From the human T2T-CHM13v2.0 reference genome, Homo sapiens, in assembly GCF_009914755.1 (NCBI RefSeq), contig NC_060926.1: a DNA stretch of 64,000 nt; one strand, given 5' to 3'. Below are positions 56,825 through 64,000 of the stretch, piece after piece. The notes beneath the pieces are model-generated. The model ran no database searches. It was not told where the DNA came from and worked only from the letters and a program-made list of their open reading frames with translations. How positions within the stretch are numbered: position 1 is the stretch's first letter; every line of letters starts with the position of its first letter. The position numbers and the translations under genes are program-made.

Positions 56825-57873
56825 CTAAAATGTGAAAAGGAAAGGTCAGAATACCTCTACAGCAAGTATTCTTAACTCTGGTTGCACATCAACACATCTG
56901 GGGAGCTTTTAAAAATACCTATGTCCAGGACAATTCCCAGAAATTCTCAATTAATCGGTCCAATATTTATTTAAAACACGTATTGCTTGTTATCAATTAT
57001 CAAGTGATACAAATGAATGAACACTACAGGAAATTGCCTAATCTTGTCAATTTAGAGATTCATGTTTTTAATAATCTCATCCTTCAACTCAAAAGTATGA
57101 CATAAATTAAGCTCCCAGGATATGAGTTTATTCCCTGGAAGTTACAAATAGAAAGTTAACAGCTACTAAAATAAGAACAAAAGCACGATTTATAGTTTTG
57201 TAGAACTTTAAGCTACGTTTAATAAATATTTTTGTTTCCTTTCTTTTTCAGGTTAAAGAAAACAAAACAAAACTGAAGCTCAGATAGTTTACGTGACTTG
57301 TAAAGTCACGTGTTGATGAAGCCAGGTCACTGGGACATGTATTTTACCTGTCCTGACTTAACAGTGATCTAGAAATACATATGGAAGCCTCCTCCATGCA
57401 CATATACCTGACTTTTCTTTGATTTCCAAGGATTTGGGAGGACTTTGGGCTTGAAATCGAGGTGATAGCTTTGCAAATACATTAACATAATAAACTGAAG
57501 ATTTTCATTTTGCAAGTGGCATAACACGTGAACATCTCAATACTAAAAATGGATTATTTTGAATTATTTTAAAGCTTACTTCAATAATTTCCAACAAAGA
57601 AAACTTAATTTTCAGTCACAGGTTCCTTGCATCTCTCATGAATTTATTGCACTAAAAACTAGGTAGATACATCATTGGGTACATCATTTGCCTTCAAATC
57701 AAATTTATGTAGACAAAATAGCTCAATTTAACGAGTAACAAGAGTCCTGAAAGAATGTGACCTTACGTCACATTATCTGAAACTGCGTAAACCACTTATC
57801 GAAAAACCTTTAAGCCCAACAGTTGACAAAGTCGTTCATTTTGTATCCCTACAAATACTAACAACTGTGTTAC

Positions 57874-58083
57874 CCTCAATGTAAACAGCAGGCAAATCTT
57901 TACTGATATCTTTTATGACTCCCAAAGCATGCCAAGGGTCAATGAAACCTTTGGCAAAGACAGTTTTGCTTCCTGTCACATTCAGGCCACCGTAGAACTA
58001 AGTGTGGCCTGAACAGCCTAAGCCACTGAAACATTATTGAAGTCAGGGCCCAAGATATCTGAACATTGCTGAAGAAAAAAAAT
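57874..58083 (-). pseudogene. S28 peptidase pseudogene copy A, catalytic-Asp exon
   Basis: Acceptor poly(T)gcag|, donor G|gtaac; LQQCSDILGPDFNNVSVA*AVQATL-fs-FYGGLNVTGSKTVFAKGFIDPWHALGVIKDISKDLPAVYIE(G); stop at 58018-58020; Asp codon at 57938-57940. Confidence 0.95.
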
Positions 58084-58249
58084 CTGCAAAAAAAAAAAAA
58101 TTATAGTTTTGATCAAGCAGGAATGAGGAGTTCAAGAAGGGTATAAAGAGAAAGATGGTGGAGATTAATTTTTGTGCTTTGTTTTCTTCTGATAATCTGG
58201 ATTTACTGGAATTACTAAAGAAACTTCTGTAACTAAAAAAAAAAGTTAT

Positions 58250-58490
58250 TGGATGGGTACAGTGGTTCATGCTTGTAATGTCAGTGCTCTGAGAAGCTGA
58301 GGTGGGGGGGATCTCTTGAGGCCAGGAGTTCGAGACCAGCCTGGGCCACATAGCGAGATCATATCTACAAAAAATTCTTTAAAAAGAAAAAATTAGCCAG
58401 GTGTGGTTGTGCGTTTGAGGTTACAGTGAGTTATGATCATGCCACTGCAATTCAGCCTAAGCAACAGAGCAAGAACCTGCCTCTCTAAAA
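58250..58490 (+). mobile_element. Alu (AluJ-like) with internal deletion in the right arm
   Basis: gtggttgtgcgt joined directly to tgaggttacagtgag. Confidence 0.85.
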
Positions 58491-60188
58491 GATAATAATA
58501 AGAATAAATTATTGAAAACCCAATGATCTCAGGTTCATTATTTCTCATGGAGACATCTCTTCCACATGCTAAATTATTAGTTTCTTGCCAAACACCTAAA
58601 GATACTGTGATACAGCAAGGTAGCTTTTCATTTGACCCATGCATATATTTCCATGAGAATGTTTATAAACATGATATTCTTTCTTACTCAGATGAAAGCA
58701 TGTGCTGAGATCCTATTCTCTAAACCTTAACTTCCTATGTACATAAGAAATGCTGGCTTCATACTTAGAGAAAAGTATGCATTTCTTAATCAAAGAACTC
58801 ATACACAACTCAAGATAAATCCCTAATACTGAATGAGTTCGTATTGGAAAAAGGTAGTACTACTTTCTTTCTAAATTCAGTTGTGATAGTGACCCTCCTT
58901 TAAAAGAAAAAGGGTGAAGAGAGGTAATAATCTTATGCAGTATACCTCTAAGTCAAAAGTGAACTTCTGGCTTCTTTGACTTTTTTTTTTTTTTAAGATA
59001 CAATTAGCCAGAGTTTGGATACAAGAAATGGAAAAAAAGTTAAAAGAAAGCAAGTAAGGTGTAAAAGCAAGATAACAATGGTTAGTTGCAAGAATTTGTC
59101 ATAACAATGAAAAATTGAAGAAAGAGAAAGGAAGGAGGAGAGAAACTTCCCTCCTGAATCCTGGGCTGGAGCTGGATGGGCAGTGAATCCAAACAAAACA
59201 AAAGGAGAAAAAGAGGCCTGGGCTCCTCACACCCAGCAGCCCAGAATGAAGAGACACACAGAGGTGCTGGCCCCTGTCCAGGCTCTTCATGCCTCCACCG
59301 AGGCACCACTCCAAAACAGGTGGCCTGGTGTGGATCTTTTGCCTTTCTAAACCAGGGCTGCATTCCTCCTCACTGGGGAGCTGAGAGGGTTGTGGAGCCA
59401 GAAAAGACAAACTATGTGCTTCACTTGGACATTTGGTAATTTTGTGTTATTTTATCCTCAAAATTTGAGAGAGAGACAGACATAAAAAATGGAGGTACAT
59501 GTGCACCACACACACACACAGAAAATCCTTCTGCTCCTCATATCAAAAAGAAAGAAAGAAAAAAGGAAAGGTAAGAGGAGGAAATAGGAAATCATTCTCC
59601 ATGTCTAGCAACCTCAATTTATAATGTGAACTTCCAAGAGCAGGGGTTATCCTTGGCTGAACCAAACCAATAAATAAGAACAAAAAAACACTAACAGATG
59701 AAGTGCAAGTTGGAGGCCTGGTGTCATTTCTCCAGCAAATCTTGCCTAATCTATAAAGGTAAAATATATAGATATCTTGCATTCTTTGATAAGAATGTGT
59801 ATTTTACTTACGTCTTTGGTGTAGCTTATGATCCTAATTTGGATTTTTTTAAATCAACACATCAAATATTTTGGGGAAACAAGTTTTAAATGAAGTATCT
59901 CAGTAATGCCAGCCGTTAGGACAGAGAATGCTAGTGTATACCCTCTCTTGTGTCACAGAGAGCCATTAATGTTTCTGATTCTCTGGAGTTTGATATCAAA
60001 ATAGAGTGAGTTAGAGAAACTGAATTTTAATTTTGTATTGTGACTTCTCAAACTTCCATCTGGAAAATTTCTCCATTAATTTTTCATTGATTTAGGCATG
60101 GCCAATCTGATGAATATAATTATTCCTTTAAACATAGAAACAATTTGCAGTTGTGGATTCTAGTGGCAAACAGAACTCAAATTCTTAC

Positions 60189-60274
60189 AGGGAATCCAGA
60201 GAAGGGCTGGTTCTTCGAACTCGTGCTCTGCTAGAAGCCAAATTCAGTGCAAGTCTGATAAAACCATTGCCTGG
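60189..60274 (-). pseudogene. S28 peptidase pseudogene copy A, 'RQW.YQTCTEFG' exon
   Basis: Acceptor ttttgctttctag|CC; RQWFYQTCTEFGF*QSTSSKNQPFSGFP then gtaaga; PRSS16 has RQWLYQTCTEFGFY; nonsense TAG at 60231-60233. Confidence 0.95.
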
Positions 60275-60719
60275 CTAGAAAGCAAAACGTCAATTATCTT
60301 AAGAATGATACTATTTCGCTGGTGACCAGAAAAAGACCTAAAAACTTTAAAGGATTCCATTTTACAACACTGTCACACCCTAGAAGAACAATTTGGATCT
60401 CCATTTTCCTCGACATTTTTTAGTCATGTCCATACATAACCACAGCAAGGTGCTGAAACTGTATCCTGTGATCGGGCATGCTATCATGGCGCCCACATGC
60501 TCTTGAAGGAGCCCCTTCCCTTCCTCTCAGCACCTGGGGTCTGTCCACTCCCCTTCCTCTATTCCCAATCTTTCTAGGTCATGCTCCACGCCCTCTGCAT
60601 CCCTCCCTAGCTGACTTCCCCTCAAGATCTCCATTGTTTCACAGCAAAGTTTCTTTCTTGAATGAGTGATGCACACTTGATCCATTTGTTCATCCCCTTC
60701 TCCATACCTCAGTCACACT

Positions 60720-62430
60720 GTGACAGGATGCCGTCCTCCCCAGGTGTCCAGGACCTCTCAAGTGCAACAAAGAAACTTTACACCCGCCTCCTGCTTCTAT
60801 AGCTGACCTTACCCCCCAAGCACATCTTCTGAGCTTTGCGCTTGGCTTCTGGGACACCTCCCTCTCAGATTCCCTCCTGCCTTGCCCAGGCTCAGCTCCT
60901 TCTTCTGCCCATTGTTTACATCTTGGTGTTCTCTTCATCCTCCTCTCTCTAGGACCCAAATCCTAGCTGCTAACTCCCAAATCGCTCCTCTAGCCCAGCC
61001 TCTCTCTCGCTTGCACACCATACCCTCCAGACACCTTCACTGGAGCCTCAAAAACTAGATGCTTAAAACAGAGCCAAATATCACCCTTACCAGACTCCTT
61101 ACTCAGACATCTTCTCCACTTGTACATCCTCTCTTCCATCCACCTGGGCCAGAAAAAAAATGAACTCCATCTTGAGGTCCTTCTTATCTCTCACCTCCTT
61201 ACATAGATGGTTCACTGAGTCCTGCCAATATTATTTGCCAGCGTTCTTGTCTCCGCAGTCACTGCCCTTGTCAAATGCTGGGTCCTCATCGTTTCATAGG
61301 TCAACTGTCACGAAGGACTCTCAACTGCATTCCCTGCCTCGTTATCTCTTGTCCCGTCCACCCTGCAAGCCCTTGGGAAAATATTTCTAAACCTCATACA
61401 TGCTCTTCCCCTCCCTCCCCTCTTATTGATTTGTATGGACTATATGATCAAGTTCAGGCTTCTTAATGGGATGTAAAACTCTTTCTGATCTGGCCCCGCC
61501 CACTGGTCCAACCTCATGTCTTGCCACCACACCACCACCTCCCACACTCCCATTTCTCAAGCTGTACCCCACTTCTGTGGTCTAGACCCAGGTTTGCTCC
61601 ACATCTGTGTGCCTTTTCTACTTCTACTCCTGCCTACATAAAAAAACATGCTTTGTCTTCTGATTTGAAAACTTCTGCCCATCCTGCCGCCTGAACTCAG
61701 AGGTTACTGCTTCTGAATTTTTCCCTTACCCTTTCTTCATACTGTCTTCCTGTTTCATTTCCAGATCTTCTCCGACCTTCTTGCACATGTTCCTATGAAA
61801 GTACCCATCCTCAGCATCTAACACAGTGCCTGGCTGGAAACTAAACCCAGGAATTAGAATTATGAGTAACCATCTGGAAATGTCATTCATGTAAAGTCTA
61901 GCAGTCATGTCAAGAACCTGGGCATCATCCTAAGAGTTTGTAGCTCTTAGCAGATAGGGAAATAATATAATAAAAAGCGACCCAGAGTGCCTGGAAGGGG
62001 GGTGAGGGACAGTTTACAATTTTAGATGGAGAGAACAGGGTGGGTGCCACTGAGAAGGCAGTTTGAGCAAAGATTCTAAGGAGACGAGGGAGTGGAGAAG
62101 ATGACGTCCTGGAATGTTGCAGAGCCAGTGTGGCTGTCCCAGAGCAAGCAGGGTGAGGGGAGTAGGAATGGTGTCAGACTGGATGGGATTCTGCATGGCA
62201 CTGTAAGGACAATGGCTTTTCCTCTAAGAGAAATGGCCATCATTGCACCATTTTGAGCAAAGGATTCAATTTGTTCATTAGGGATCACTACAGCTGCTGA
62301 ATTAGAATAAGTGTAGGGGCCAGCACAGAGATGCAGAAACAGGTTAGGAAGCTGTTCTAATAATCCAGCGGAGAGGAGGTGGCAGCCAGGGAAGCAGAGC
62401 CAGAGGAGTTGGATTCTGGAGAAATCTAGG
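60720..62430. mobile_element. L2-like fragments (both orientations)
   Basis: Pyrimidine-rich L2-type text such as ttggcttctgggacacc, cagcatctaacacagtgcctggc and, reversed, gagcaaaggat...gttaggaagctgtt; boundaries rough. Confidence 0.55.
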
Positions 62431-63169
62431 CCCAAAAACTTAAAAACAGTCTTGGAAATAGACTTGGAATTTTTCCAAGTACATATTCTGGAGTCATAAT
62501 CTCAAGAAAATTTCTAGCACTGACCTACCCAAGACATTTGGAAGATTTGCTGTGTGTCAAGTATAACAGGAAGACTAAAGTTTCTCTTATTTTCCTGTCA
62601 ATCTCATTCTCCATAATTATCTTTTTATATTTACATATGGACATTTGATAGGGAAGTGCAATCAGACTATTATAATGCAGTTCTTAAGACTATTTCCCCT
62701 CCTACAGGTGGAGTTTTGCACATATATACCTGAACTATGCCTGTATTACACATAATTACACCTGCAGGTGTATCTAACTTCTTGAAAATATGAGTTATGG
62801 ACAAATCAATGCATCAGTAATCAGATACTGAAAGTTAATTTTAATAGGCAATGCTTTTCCCAAGGCTATCAATCCTTCCATAACTCCATCAACATTTGTG
62901 AGCCCTTATTCGCACCAAGCATTATCCAAAACACTAGAGAAACAAAAATGAACAAGCCACAGTCGTCTTTGGCTTCAAATCGCTGACAGTCTAGTAGAAG
63001 AGGCAAACATACAGCACAGCTTTAACTTCACCCTCTCTAAGACATCTTGCACTTAAGCCTACTCCTTCTGCAAACTGGCAGCAGTTGTAGCCCTCACACT
63101 CTGGCTGAACACCCTCTCGGGTTCTGCCTACAGCACCCCTGGAAGCAAATTTAAAACTTGCTAACAGAG

Positions 63170-63463
<294 letters not shown>

Positions 63464-64000
63464 TTAAGCTTGCTAGCAAGAGGCACTATCCACACCTTTG
63501 CTGCAGCATTTTAGGCAAAGGACTCTTCTAGTCTATTTGGGCTCTAGTTCACCCCTGGGGGTCCCTGGGCAAAAATAAAAAATAAAAATGAAAAAAGCAC
63601 AGAAGAAAGCATAAATACCTCCTCCTAGGGAGATGTTAAATTCGGATAAATACTAACCCTCAGGCATGGGGCCAGGGCATTGGTGCTGTTCAAAAGCTCT
63701 TTGGGTGATTCTCAGGTCCAGCCAAGGATGAGGAACCCCACAAGGAACTGCAGGTAGAGCACTTTCTTGCTACTGACAGCTCTTCTTTCAGGTGGTTAAA
63801 AGATAACAGCATGCTTCTGAAAAGCACTGTGGAGTATCTTTCTTGATTCTGCTCTTTAAACTATGGGCGTGTGAGAATTGCCCTCTTTCCCATGTAAAGA
63901 GAGTTGTTTGTGATGTCCAGCACCCCCTTACTACTTGTTCAAGGACATTTAGTTCCTAGTTCCTTGGTAATTCCTCCCTGTGCTGAATTCAATTTTTGTA

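Noticed and set aside
57981-58013. 10-bp inverted repeat ttcaggccac/gtggcctgaa
   Set aside because: It lies inside a fossil coding exon and is explained by its codons; no RNA-gene features.
62757-62772. Perfect 16-bp palindrome tacacctgcaggtgta (two E-boxes)
   Set aside because: About one such palindrome is expected by chance in 64 kb (64000/4^8).

Overview
Primate (human-like) repeat-rich genomic DNA with no intact protein-coding gene; the supplied ORFs are almost all Alu-, LTR- or chance-derived. Main result: seven degenerate exons on the minus strand, most with recognisable splice sites, encode pieces of a serine peptidase family S28 protein (PRSS16/PRCP/DPP7 family). They fall in two blocks. 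The 3' block lies at 56.7-60.3 kb (RQWFYQTCTEFG, DPWH, HCAN motifs). The 5'/middle block lies at 0.25-20.3 kb (YxKSHP, GGSYAGSLA, YLQVV, VVQYN motifs). Their order implies two head-to-tail, intron-containing fossil genes rather than one. Between the two blocks lie an old ERV1 remnant with integrase and env TM/ISD traces (24.3-26.9 kb), an RPS27A processed pseudogene split by a THE1 solo LTR, and a two-LTR 5.7 kb HERV-H provirus (29777-35509) whose 3' LTR has lost its poly(A) signal. The window also holds about 20 Alus, MaLR and MER41 LTRs, DNA-transposon fossils and a 5'-inverted L1PA. All calls come from manual reading and translation; repeat subfamily names and boundaries of old repeats are approximate.
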